From Oscillospiraceae bacterium (lineage in GTDB: Bacteria > Bacillota > Clostridia > Oscillospirales > UBA929), in the NCBI GenBank assembly GCA_031254575.1, contig JAIRUE010000112.1, forward strand, positions 3,811 through 67,810: DNA of 64,000 nucleotides, written 5' to 3'. A program made the translations under genes and the position numbers. Shown here piece after piece: positions 56,148-64,000 of this stretch. The notes under the pieces were generated by a model. That model had not been told where the DNA came from and did no database searches. It was given only the letters and a program-made list of their open reading frames with translations. Each line of letters opens with the position of its first letter. Position 1 is the stretch's first letter.

Positions 56148-56182
56148 AACCTTCTCCCCCTCCCCGTCAGTCTATGCCGCTA

Positions 56183-56209
56183 TGTAACCATATGTAACCG
56201 CATTGTAAC
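56183..56209 (-). promoter_or_regulatory. Three helically phased GTTACA direct repeats upstream of the yabE-like gene
   Basis: On the plus strand, TGTAAC occurs at 56183, 56193 and 56204 (10/11-nt spacing). The repeats overlap a possible GTTACA-18-TAGACT promoter. Confidence 0.35.
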
Positions 56210-56304
56210 TTATGCGCATTATACCAAGATTTCGGCCTCCCGTCAAGCCTTACTTTATAGGGCTTCTTGCCGAATCGCCGGGTTTGCGCGCCCGTGAGCG
56301 CCCG

Positions 56305-56343
56305 CGAAACGCGAAACAAGCCGGGGAGCGTGTCCCCGGCTTG
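56305..56343 (-). terminator. Probable terminator after the LRR gene
   Basis: On the minus strand, the hairpin CAAGCCGGGGA-CACGC-TCCCCGGCTTG is followed by TTTCGCGTTTC. Confidence 0.5.
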
Positions 56344-56362
56344 GTGGGTTTGTGGTGGAAGG

Positions 56363-57478
56363 TCATCGCCCGTTGATGGCTTCATAAAATTCTCGCGGCA
56401 TGTCATAGGAGTCATAGGTATATGAGTTTCCTTTATAGGTTGCTGTCAGCCCTGTGCAACCGTAGAACGCTTCGCGACCAACGCTCGTCACGCTGTCGGG
56501 GATAGTTACGCTTGTCAGCCCTGTGCACTTGTAGAACGCCCCGTCACCAATGCTCGTGACGCTGTTGGGGATGGACACGCTTGTCAGCCCCGTGCAATAG
56601 CAGAACGCAGTGTTGCCAATCTCAGTCACACTATTGGGAATGGTCACGCTCGTCAGCCCTGTGCACATGTAGAACGCCCAGTCACCGATGCTCGTCACGC
56701 TGTCGGGAATGCTGTATGTACCTTTTTTACCCGGAGGATATAGCGTAAGGGTTGTTTTTCCCTTATTGAATAACACTCCGTCAATATCGGTATAGGCTTT
56801 ATTGCCCGAAGTCACAGTTATTCTCGTCAGCCCTGTGCAATAGTAAAACGCCAATTCACCGATGCTCGTCACGCTGTCGGGGATAGTCACGCTTGTCAGC
56901 CCCGTGCAACCGCCGAACGCCTTGTCACCGATGCTCGTCACGCTGTCGGGGATAGTCACGCTTGTCAGCCCCGTGCAACCGCCGAACGCCCCGGAACCAA
57001 TGTTCGTGACGCTGTTGGGAATATAAATCTCTATAATAGGGCGCTCATTATAAATGCTCTCATAAAAAACACTCTCATCAATATCATAATAGCCCTTATC
57101 TTTCCCTATTCTCTTCACCGGCTCGCCCTCAATTTTTTCCGGTATCCGCACTTTGAGCGCGTTGCCTGTATATTTTGTAATTACAATTCCTCCCAACGCC
57201 GTGTCGTAGTCATACTCAAAATTGCTCACGGGAGTTTCGGGCAAATCGGCGGGCGGCGGGTTGTATTCACCAGCGGGGGTTTCAGAAGTATCAGAGGGTG
57301 AAAGATCGTTTCCGCTGCCGGGAGTTTCGGAAACGCCGGAAGGTGAAGGATTGCCCCCGCCGCCGGAAGTTTCCGATAAACCGGACGGCGACGGGCCGCC
57401 GCCCCCGCCTCCGCCGTCGCATCCGGCGGCTAAAACAAAGATGGCGGCCAACGCCAAACTCAGGGCACGTTTTCTCAT
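56363..57478 (-). CDS. BspA-type leucine-rich-repeat (LRR_5) lipoprotein
   Basis: ATG 57478 follows AAAAGGGG. The lipobox is LAAGC. A repetitive G/P/S/E/T linker is followed by at least 7 repeats of ~23 aa (IPDSVTSIGxxAFxxCTGLTSVT). Confidence 0.85.
   Translation of the reverse strand: MRKRALSLALAAIFVLAAGCDGGGGGGGPSPSGLSETSGGGGNPSPSGVSETPGSGNDLSPSDTSETPAGEYNPPPADLPETPVSNFEYDYDTALGGIVITKYTGNALKVRIPEKIEGEPVKRIGKDKGYYDIDESVFYESIYNERPIIEIYIPNSVTNIGSGAFGGCTGLTSVTIPDSVTSIGDKAFGGCTGLTSVTIPDSVTSIGELAFYYCTGLTRITVTSGNKAYTDIDGVLFNKGKTTLTLYPPGKKGTYSIPDSVTSIGDWAFYMCTGLTSVTIPNSVTEIGNTAFCYCTGLTSVSIPNSVTSIGDGAFYKCTGLTSVTIPDSVTSVGREAFYGCTGLTATYKGNSYTYDSYDMPREFYEAINGR
56857..56994. repeat. Near-perfect 69-bp tandem duplication inside the LRR gene
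   Basis: 56857-56920 is identical to 56926-56989 (64/64 nt). This equals one 23-aa LRR unit. Confidence 0.9.
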
Positions 57479-57531
57479 GGCAATAATCCCCTTTTTGTTC
57501 CGCAAAAGTCTTTGCGGATATTTTGGTAACC

Positions 57532-57560
57532 ATTATAACTTATAGATAGGGTATAGTCAA
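57532..57560 (-). promoter_or_regulatory. Sigma-A-type promoter of the LRR gene
   Basis: On the minus strand: TTGACT, a 17-nt spacer, then TATAAT. Confidence 0.6.
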
Positions 57561-57599
57561 TATGTAGAGTATGATAGCTTACCCTTTGAGGTGGGGACA

Positions 57600-57803
57600 A
57601 TGATAAGCTACGAACCTTTTTACCAGACCTTATTCCGTAAGGGTATCACCGAATATCAGCTTATCTTCAAGCAGGGCTTCACCGCCAACACCCTCCACCG
57701 CATGAAACACGGCAAGGCCATCACCACCACCACGCTCGACACCTTGTGCTTCATCCTCAACTGCGGGGTTTCCGATATACTGGAATATGTGGAGGATTGC
57801 TAG
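57600..57803 (+). CDS. Small XRE/Cro-type helix-turn-helix protein
   Basis: 67 aa from ATG 57600, after GGTGGGG. The sequence ITEYQLIFKQGFTANTLHRMKHGKAITTTTLDTLCFILNCGVSDILEY is typical of the short HTH_26-like family. Confidence 0.7.
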   Translation: MISYEPFYQTLFRKGITEYQLIFKQGFTANTLHRMKHGKAITTTTLDTLCFILNCGVSDILEYVEDC

Positions 57804-57921
57804 AAAAACGCGGAATTGAAATATGCGCGGGAAAAAGCCGCCCGGATGAGGGGCGGTTACTTCATTTTTCCGTGTTTTTCCGCGTTCGCGGGGAATACTA
57901 CCGCCGAAAGGGGCGGGAAAT

Positions 57922-58917
57922 ATGCCAAAGAAGAAAATCGCCGTCGTCGGCGCGGGCTTTGTCGGCTCGACGGCGGCGTATACCATGATGATGAACAACA
58001 CGGCGGATGAAATCGTATTGATCGACATAAACCGCGACAAGGCGGAGGGCGACGCGCTGGATATGAACCACGGCATGAGCTTCCTGCCGCCGGTCAGGTT
58101 CTATTCCGGCTGGTACGGCGACTGCGCCGACGCGGCGCTGGTGGTCCTGACGGCGGGCGCGGCGCAGAAGCCCGGCGAGAGGCGGATGGAACTGCTGGGG
58201 CGCAACCTGCGCGTGTTTGACGACATTCTGTCGCAATTGCTGCCGAACCTGGCCCCGAACGCGCTGCTGCTGACGGTCACCAACCCCGTGGACGTGCTGA
58301 CACAGTACGTTTTGGAACGGTCGGGCCTGCCGCCGTCCCGCGTGATGGGTTCCGGCACCGTGCTGGACACGTCGCGGCTCAAGTGGGCGATCGCGGAACA
58401 GGTCGGCGTGGACCCGCGCAACGTCCACACCTTTGTCGTCGGCGAGCACGGCGACACCGAGGTGGCGGCTTTTTCCGCGACGACCGTTTCGGGGATGCGG
58501 CTGGATCAATACTGCGGCGGCGCGCCGCTGGGGATGTCCGGGACAGGCGCGGGATACCGGCAAAGCCTTCTCTCCTGCGAGGCCTTTTTCCATTCCCTGC
58601 ACGACGGGGTGCGCCGCGCGGCGTACGGCATCATCGAAAAAAAGGGCGCAACCTACTACGCGGTCGCGCTGGCGGTCAACCGTATCGCGGAAGCCGCGCT
58701 GAACGATCAGAAGGCCGTCCTGACCGTGTCGGGGCTGGTTGACGGCGCGTACGGCATCGGCGGCGTCTGCCTGTCGCTGCCGCGCGTCGTCGGCGCGGGC
58801 GGGATCGAGCGGCTTTTGGAAGTGCCGTATGACGGCGGGGAAATCAGAGCGCTGCGGCACAGCGCGGAAACGATACGGAAAGCGTACGCGGCGGCGTGCG
58901 TGCCGGTCCGCGCCTGA
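57922..58917 (+). CDS. ldh: L-lactate dehydrogenase
   Basis: KIAVVGAGFVGSTAAY is present, along with VLTAGAAQKPGERRMELL, TNPVDV, MGSGTVLDTSRL and VVGEHGDT. Confidence 0.92.
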   Translation: MPKKKIAVVGAGFVGSTAAYTMMMNNTADEIVLIDINRDKAEGDALDMNHGMSFLPPVRFYSGWYGDCADAALVVLTAGAAQKPGERRMELLGRNLRVFDDILSQLLPNLAPNALLLTVTNPVDVLTQYVLERSGLPPSRVMGSGTVLDTSRLKWAIAEQVGVDPRNVHTFVVGEHGDTEVAAFSATTVSGMRLDQYCGGAPLGMSGTGAGYRQSLLSCEAFFHSLHDGVRRAAYGIIEKKGATYYAVALAVNRIAEAALNDQKAVLTVSGLVDGAYGIGGVCLSLPRVVGAGGIERLLEVPYDGGEIRALRHSAETIRKAYAAACVPVRA

Positions 58918-58919
58918 CC

Positions 58920-60329
58920 TCAGGGCATCATCAGCTCGATCCAGCCGGTAAAGCCTTTTTCGTTGGGCACATAGGGGTAGCTGATCAGCAGGACGTCGTC
59001 AATATCATGCCCGGTGACAAAATCGGCCAGCTTGCATTTGGGCAGGTCTTCCCGGTTGTATTTGCGGTAGTCAAAGACGTAGATATTTTCATAGTGCGCG
59101 AGCAGGAACGGGATGAGGGCGTTGCCGTAGGATTCCTTGACGACGGCGATCGACTTGCCGTTTTTGTTGTCGGTGCTGATATGGATAAGCGCCTGGTCGC
59201 CGTTTGTGAAGCAGACGTATTTGTTGGAGGCGCCGTTGGGCAGATTTGTGTTGACCACGGGGATGCTCCAGCCGTTTTTCATGGAGGCGTCGCCGTAAGC
59301 CGTGGCGGTATATTCGCCGGGCGGCACGAAATATTCCACCGTATCGGGGTGATCCGCCGCGGCGGCGGCCTGCGGGTGCTGCCTGACCTCGCGGTAAAAG
59401 GAGCCGATGAAGCCCTCATATTCCCCCCGCTCCCACGTCTCTATGTCGGACGGCTCATATCCCAGCGTGTCGCAGAAGCCGGTGTACGCCCAATACGCGC
59501 CGCGCGCCGTCCAGTGATGGTCTGTGCGGTAGAAAAGGTACTCGTCCTTGTGGGCGGCGATCGGGGTAAAGCCGTCCACGGCGGCGATGCGGGGGTCATA
59601 CAGGGCGTAGAGGTCCTCGATCATCTGCCGCTGGTCGCGCGAACTTTGGGTATAGGCCGAGGGCGCGTAGAACGGGAAGCTGTTGGGCACCACCATCGAG
59701 ACGACGCGGCGGTCGGGCAGCGCGTCCTGCAAACGCCCCAGCATGTTCGCGTAGATTTCAAGACGGGCCTTGTTGGTATAGGACATGTGCATGATCCGGT
59801 CGCCGATGATGAGGTAGCCGTTGGTTTCCGCGTCCACCACCGGCTCCGGCGTCGGCGAGGGGGAAGGTTCGGGCGAAGGCTCCGGCTCCGGCTCCGGCGA
59901 CGGGGACGGGGACGGAACGGGTGACGGGGACGGCGACGGCCTGGGAGACGGCGACGGGGACGGCGTGTCCGGGCCGGGGGAGGGAAGCTGGCCTAATATA
60001 TCCTCCAGCGACTCGCCGCCGCCGAGGTCAAACTCACCGCCGATCACGGCGCTGCCGTCTTTAAGCGGGATATAGAGCCACTGCTCGAAACGCCGCGACG
60101 CGCTCATCAGCGCGTCCCGCCCGGGGAACTGATCGGCGTAGTATTCGTCAAAGTCGCCCGTCCACCGCCCCCCGAACAACGCGGATAGGGAAAAGGGCGG
60201 TTTTTGCGCGAGCGGGCGGTTTTCGTCCTCCGATACGGCGGCGTCCCCGTCCCGGACGGAATACAGCCCCAGCCCCGCCAGCGGCAGGAAGAAAAACAGC
60301 GTTATGACGACGGCCCAGCGCCTGTCCAT
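58920..60329 (-). CDS. DHHW family protein (MBOAT partner) with long Pro/Ser/Glu linker
   Basis: It has an N-terminal TM segment, FYRTDHHWTARGAYWAY and an internal ~55-aa SPSPSP/EPEP linker. It lies downstream of the MBOAT gene. Confidence 0.8.
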   Translation of the reverse strand: MDRRWAVVITLFFFLPLAGLGLYSVRDGDAAVSEDENRPLAQKPPFSLSALFGGRWTGDFDEYYADQFPGRDALMSASRRFEQWLYIPLKDGSAVIGGEFDLGGGESLEDILGQLPSPGPDTPSPSPSPRPSPSPSPVPSPSPSPEPEPEPSPEPSPSPTPEPVVDAETNGYLIIGDRIMHMSYTNKARLEIYANMLGRLQDALPDRRVVSMVVPNSFPFYAPSAYTQSSRDQRQMIEDLYALYDPRIAAVDGFTPIAAHKDEYLFYRTDHHWTARGAYWAYTGFCDTLGYEPSDIETWERGEYEGFIGSFYREVRQHPQAAAAADHPDTVEYFVPPGEYTATAYGDASMKNGWSIPVVNTNLPNGASNKYVCFTNGDQALIHISTDNKNGKSIAVVKESYGNALIPFLLAHYENIYVFDYRKYNREDLPKCKLADFVTGHDIDDVLLISYPYVPNEKGFTGWIELMMP

Positions 60330-60348
60330 TTTTTATCCCCCTTGTCCC

Positions 60349-60391
60349 CTTCGGTTTGTCAAACGCTTCCGCGCCAAGCGTGCGCCGGGCG
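60349..60391 (-). repeat. Intergenic repeat-family member between the MBOAT and DHHW genes
   Basis: 60349-60372 is the reverse complement of 27225-27248 (23/24 identical). The adjacent CCGCGCCAAGCGTGCGCCGGGCG is a variant of the 26463/36697 palindrome. Confidence 0.7.
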
Positions 60392-60411
60392 TTGTCCGGC
60401 CATGGGGCGGC

Positions 60412-61812
60412 TCAAAATCTAAAGTATAAAAATGGATTATAACTCTGCCCCGCCAGCGCCGCGGTGCAGAGCAGCAATGTCAGCGTATTGTAGCATAGGG
60501 AAAGCGCGGGCTGCAACAGGGGGGGTCTCTTTTGAACAAAAGAGACCAGCGCCTTGGGCAGCGGGCTGGCCGCCAGCGCGCACAGCAGCAGCAGCGGCAG
60601 CCGTCCGACCCACAGCGAGAGCGTCTCGGTGCCGGAAAACCCGTGGGCGCCGAACAAGCTGGTCATAAACGCGCCCAGCCGCCCCATGTCGGTGAAGTAG
60701 AACAGGACCCAGCCCAGCACGACGGCGGGAAAGGTATAGACCGCCGGGATAATTTTCGCGGCTTTTTCAGGGGCGCGTTTCAGGACAAACCGCTCAAACG
60801 CCAGCCATAAAAAGTAATACAGCCCCCACAGCACAAAGTTCCACGACGCGCCGTGCCACAGCCCGGTGAGGAACCATGTGACAAAGAGGCTCAATACGAC
60901 GCGCCGGCGGTTTCCGCCCAGCGGGATGTAAACGTAATCGCGGAAAAAGGAGCCGAGCGAAATGTGCCAGCGCCGCCAGAAGCCGGTGACGGAAGAGGCA
61001 AAATAAGGGTAGCGGAAATTTTCGCCGTACTGGAAGCCGAACATCCGCCCCAGCCCGACGGCCATATCGGAGTAGCCCGAAAAGTCGAAATATATCTGCG
61101 CGGTATAGAGCAGGATACCCAGCCACGCGTCGGCGGCGGGAAGGGTATGCAGCGGGCCGTCGAGCAAACCCGAGGCGACCGCGCCGGCTGTGTTGGCGAG
61201 CAGGACTTTCTTGCCAAGCCCGCAGCAAAAGCGCGTGACGCCGGCGGCGCAGCCCTCCCAGGTAAACGGGCGGTCATGGAGCTGCTTTTCCAGTTCGGAA
61301 TAGCGCAGGATCGGGCCCGCGATGAGCTGCGGGAACAGGGAGACAAACAGCAAAAAGTCAAGGTATGAGCGCTGTACGCCCACCTTGTCCCGGTATACGT
61401 CGAGGGTATAGGAGAGGGTCTGGAAGGTATAAAAGCTGATGCCGATCGGCAGCGCGATGCCCGGCAGCGCCGGCGAGTAGCGGAACAGCAGGCCGAAGTT
61501 TTCCAGGAAGAAATCGAGGTATTTGAAAACACCCAGCAGCGAGAGGTTGAGGACGACCGAAACGATCAGGGCGATCCTTGCCATGCGCGCGGAGCCGACC
61601 CTCCGCGCCTTGCCGATGACCCGCCCGCAGGTATAGTCAAGCGTGGCGGAAAAGAGCAGCAGGACGACCCAGACAGGCTCGCCCCACGCGTAAAAAAAGA
61701 GCGACAGGACGGTGAGGACCGCGTTTTTGCCGCGCATACCGGGCATGAGGGCGTACAGCAGCATACAGGCGGGCAGGAACCCGTATAAAAAGAGCAGCGA
61801 GGAAAAAACCAA
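60412..61812 (-). CDS. MBOAT family O-acyltransferase (AlgI/DltB-like)
   Basis: 466 aa and polytopic, with FWRRWHISLGSFFRDYVYIPLGGNR...WHGASW (conserved His context). TTG start after GGGAGGA. Confidence 0.88.
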   Translation of the reverse strand: MVFSSLLFLYGFLPACMLLYALMPGMRGKNAVLTVLSLFFYAWGEPVWVVLLLFSATLDYTCGRVIGKARRVGSARMARIALIVSVVLNLSLLGVFKYLDFFLENFGLLFRYSPALPGIALPIGISFYTFQTLSYTLDVYRDKVGVQRSYLDFLLFVSLFPQLIAGPILRYSELEKQLHDRPFTWEGCAAGVTRFCCGLGKKVLLANTAGAVASGLLDGPLHTLPAADAWLGILLYTAQIYFDFSGYSDMAVGLGRMFGFQYGENFRYPYFASSVTGFWRRWHISLGSFFRDYVYIPLGGNRRRVVLSLFVTWFLTGLWHGASWNFVLWGLYYFLWLAFERFVLKRAPEKAAKIIPAVYTFPAVVLGWVLFYFTDMGRLGAFMTSLFGAHGFSGTETLSLWVGRLPLLLLCALAASPLPKALVSFVQKRPPLLQPALSLCYNTLTLLLCTAALAGQSYNPFLYFRF

Positions 61813-61847
61813 CCGTATCGTCCTCCCGTATCCGTATCGACAGAGGC

Positions 61848-61876
61848 ATTATATCCCTTTCCCGGTCCGTTGTCAA
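61848..61876 (-). promoter_or_regulatory. Consensus sigma-A promoter of the MBOAT-DHHW operon
   Basis: On the minus strand: TTGACA, a 17-nt spacer, then TATAAT. Confidence 0.7.
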
Positions 61877-61930
61877 CGAGGTTGGGGAGGACAGGATACC
61901 CATACCGACGGATTTCGCGGAAAAAATTTC

Positions 61931-61959
61931 TTGACAAACGGGAGGGCTCCTCTTATAAT
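61931..61959 (+). promoter_or_regulatory. Consensus sigma-A promoter of paaK
   Basis: TTGACA, a 17-nt spacer, then TATAAT. A ~105-nt leader follows. Confidence 0.7.
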
Positions 61960-62071
61960 GGCGAAAGACAGCCTTGGAGGATTGTAAACGGAAAAGGCGC
62001 GCGTCCGCGGCGATCGGCAATGGTTGCGGCGGGCGTGTTTTCTTTGCCGGGAAAAAACGGGGGGAAACCAT

Positions 62072-63379
62072 ATGGAGCGGTACTGGAACAAAACGGTTGA
62101 GACGATGGAGCGCGGGCGGCTCCGTGAGCTTCAGCTGGAAAAACTGCGCGCCACCGTTGAAAATGTTTACGCCAATGTGCCTTATTACCGCGAAAAGATG
62201 CAGGCCAAAGGGATGCTTCCCGGCGACGTAAAAACCCTGGACAACCTCTCCGACCTTCCCGTCACGACAAAGCAGGACCTGCGGGACACATACCCGTTCG
62301 GCCTGTTCGCCGTGCCGATGGAGGAGATCGTGCGGATACACGCCTCGTCGGGCACCACGGGCAAACAGACGGTCGTAGGCTATACCCGCAGGGATATTGA
62401 CGTTTGGGCGGAATGTATGGCGCGCTGTCTCGTTATGGCGGACGCGGACAAACACTCCCGCGTGCAGGTGAGCTACGGCTACGGCCTGTTTACCGGCGGC
62501 CTCGGCGCGCATTACGGCGCCGAAAAGCTGGGCGCGGTGGCGATACCGGCGTCGTCGGGGAACACGCAGAGACAGATCGCGATGCTGGTGGATTTCGGCG
62601 TGACGCACCTGTGCTGCACCCCTTCCTACGCCATGTATATAGCCGAGACCCTGTATGAGATGGGATTCGCAAAAGACGACATCAAGCTGAAAGCCGGGTG
62701 TTTCGGCGCCGAACCGTGGAGCGCGGGGATGCGGGCCGAGATCGAAAGCCGGCTGGGGATACGCGCCCACGACATATACGGCCTGAGCGAGATCATGGGG
62801 CCGTCCGTTTCGCAGGACTGCCGCTGCCAGAGCGGGCTCCATATCTGGGAGGACTGCTATATCCCCGAAATAACCGATCCCGACACGGGCCTGCCGGTCA
62901 GGGACGGGGAGCAGGGAGACCTTGTGATCACCACGGTCAACAAAGAGGGCATCCCCCTGATCCGCTACAAAACGAGGGATATATGCTCCCTCAACTATGA
63001 AAAGTGCGATTGCGGCCGCACCCATGTGCGGATGTCGAAGCCGGCCGGCCGCACCGACGACATGCTGATTATACGCGGCGTGAACGTCTTCCCGTCCCAG
63101 ATCGAAGCGGTCCTTCTGAGTATGGGGGAGGTACAGCCCCATTACCAGCTTATCGTTGACAGGGTGAACAATCTGGATACGATGACCATTGAGATAGAGG
63201 TATCGGAGAGCGTGTTCTCAGACCACGTAAAGGGAATTGAGGACTATGAGCGGAGGATAGGCAGGCAGATGGAGAGCGTGCTGGGGCTCGGCGCCAAGAT
63301 ACGGCTTGTCGAACCCAAGAGCATCGCCCGCAGCGAGGGAAAAGCCAAAAGGATCATTGACAAGAGAAAATTTGATTAG
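62072..63379 (+). CDS. paaK: Phenylacetate--CoA ligase family protein
   Basis: MERYWNKTVETMERGRLRELQLEKLRATVENVY...IHASSGTTGKQTVVGYT...YGLSEIMGP...GRTDDMLIIRGVNVFPSQIE. ATG 62072 follows GGGGGGAA. Confidence 0.88.
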   Translation: MERYWNKTVETMERGRLRELQLEKLRATVENVYANVPYYREKMQAKGMLPGDVKTLDNLSDLPVTTKQDLRDTYPFGLFAVPMEEIVRIHASSGTTGKQTVVGYTRRDIDVWAECMARCLVMADADKHSRVQVSYGYGLFTGGLGAHYGAEKLGAVAIPASSGNTQRQIAMLVDFGVTHLCCTPSYAMYIAETLYEMGFAKDDIKLKAGCFGAEPWSAGMRAEIESRLGIRAHDIYGLSEIMGPSVSQDCRCQSGLHIWEDCYIPEITDPDTGLPVRDGEQGDLVITTVNKEGIPLIRYKTRDICSLNYEKCDCGRTHVRMSKPAGRTDDMLIIRGVNVFPSQIEAVLLSMGEVQPHYQLIVDRVNNLDTMTIEIEVSESVFSDHVKGIEDYERRIGRQMESVLGLGAKIRLVEPKSIARSEGKAKRIIDKRKFD

Positions 63380-63411
63380 GAAAGTACCGCGCGCCTTCCA
63401 AAAAATCCAGG

Positions 63412-63440
63412 TTGACTTTCCCGGCGGGCCCTGCTATAAT
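63412..63440 (+). promoter_or_regulatory. Sigma-A-type promoter of the amidotransferase gene
   Basis: TTGACT, a 17-nt spacer, then TATAAT. Confidence 0.65.
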
Positions 63441-63450
63441 GGCACATGTG

Positions 63451-63579
63451 TTGAACAAAGGGGTTCATCAGATGATGCGGTGGCTGCTGCCCGCCGGTGC
63501 GCCGGCCGGCCCGTAAAACGCTTCCGCGCGCATCATATGATGAGCGCCTTTTCTATGTTTTGAATGGGAGGTTTGCCGT
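63451..63579 (+). promoter_or_regulatory. Structured 5' leader with 14-codon uORF and long terminator-like hairpin
   Basis: The uORF at 63472-63516 (MMRWLLPAGAPAGP) follows AAAGGGG. A 15-position stem (UCAUCAGAUGAUGCG/CGCAUCAUAUGAUGA, 14 paired) encloses ~55 nt and is followed by GCGCCUUUUCUAUGUUUUG. Confidence 0.45.
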
Positions 63580-64000
63580 ATGCGGCGAGAGGGGCAAATC
63601 AGAATACCGTCCGGCTGCGCCATATCGGGCATTATCGACAGATCGGGCGGGCGGATGAGCGGGGATACGATCATCGAATCCATCGCCGTCATGCACGACC
63701 GCTCCAACGGGCTGGGCGGCGGCTTCGCGGCATACGGGATCTATCCCGAATACAAGGACTATTACGCCTTACATATCTTCTACGATTCCGTATCCGCCAA
63801 AAAAGAGTGCGAGGAGTTTCTGGAGAGGCACTTCGACGTCATCAACCTCTCGAAGATCCCGACGCGGAAGATGAAGGAGATCACCGACGAGCCCCTGATC
63901 TGGCGTTACTTTGTCACGCCCCTGCCCACCAAGCTCGCGGAGAGCCAGCTTGACGAGCGCGAGTTCGCCGCGAAATGCGTTTTCCGGGTCAACACGAGGA
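63580..64000 (+). CDS. Class-II (Ntn) glutamine amidotransferase domain protein, glutamate-synthase-like; 3' end outside the window
   Basis: Hand translation (no stop in the window) gives MRREGQIRIPSGCAISGIIDRSGGRMSGDTIIESIAVMHDRSNGLGGGFAAYGIYPEYKDYYALHIFYD.... The Cys in SGCAISG is typical of Ntn amidotransferases. GGGAGG is the RBS. Confidence 0.65.
   Translation, partial: MRREGQIRIPSGCAISGIIDRSGGRMSGDTIIESIAVMHDRSNGLGGGFAAYGIYPEYKDYYALHIFYDSVSAKKECEEFLERHFDVINLSKIPTRKMKEITDEPLIWRYFVTPLPTKLAESQLDEREFAAKCVFRVNTR

Overview
This window is a dense, high-GC chromosomal segment (about 63-65% G+C in the stretches I counted). It most likely comes from a spore-forming Clostridia-type Firmicute: spoVAC, a SleC-like cortex lytic enzyme, gpr, polC and an SLH protein are all present. 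I support 54 protein-coding genes, one tRNA-Ser(UGA), about 16 sigma-A-like promoters, several intrinsic terminators and several repeat or structured-RNA candidates.

Main gene blocks:
- (1) spoVAC, a SleC-like enzyme and a C11 peptidase.
- (2) A four-gene minus-strand operon: HlyD/MacA-like adaptor, MacB-type ATPase, FtsX permease and an 891-aa SLH-domain wall protein.
- (3) The conserved pyrH-frr-uppS-cdsA-dxr-rseP-ispG-polC block.
- (4) An M23 peptidase and gpr.
- (5) coaX, an ECF S-component, a 55-aa ORF and a MATE pump.
- (6) An HD protein with thrS.
- (7) marR with an ABC-2 exporter.
- (8) secG, tRNA-Ser, rpsL, rpsG, fusA and tuf, divergent from rpsB-tsf.
- (9) An ABC exporter divergent from an OmpR/HisKA two-component system, followed by GH43.
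- (10) A GntR regulator with a DUF1648-type membrane protein, divergent from a secreted HExxH protein.
- (11) mutS2, prs, rsmA, a yabE-like gene, a BspA-type LRR lipoprotein, an XRE HTH protein, ldh, a DHHW-MBOAT pair, paaK and the start of a class-II amidotransferase.

I found no transposase, integrase, CRISPR array, phage gene or recognisable defence system, and no clear-cut novel multi-gene system.

The observations I consider most worth follow-up:
- The canonical-locus PolC appears to lack its proofreading exonuclease insertion.
- A duplicated modular leader element, about 76 nt conserved around a variable hairpin, sits in front of both the ECF-S gene and the small-ORF/MATE pair. It is related to palindromic repeats at two other intergenic sites.
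- The MacAB-like pump has a double-length adaptor and is co-transcribed with an SLH wall protein.
- An AT-rich array of inverted heptamer tandem repeats lies in the rpsL-rpsG spacer.
- One gene is compositionally mosaic: a 38% GC HExxH domain is fused to a 65% GC N-terminus.
- Two promoter-to-terminator units look like an sRNA and a uORF attenuator.

All calls rest on by-eye motif recognition and hand translation. Start codons and family assignments need HMM or BLAST confirmation.
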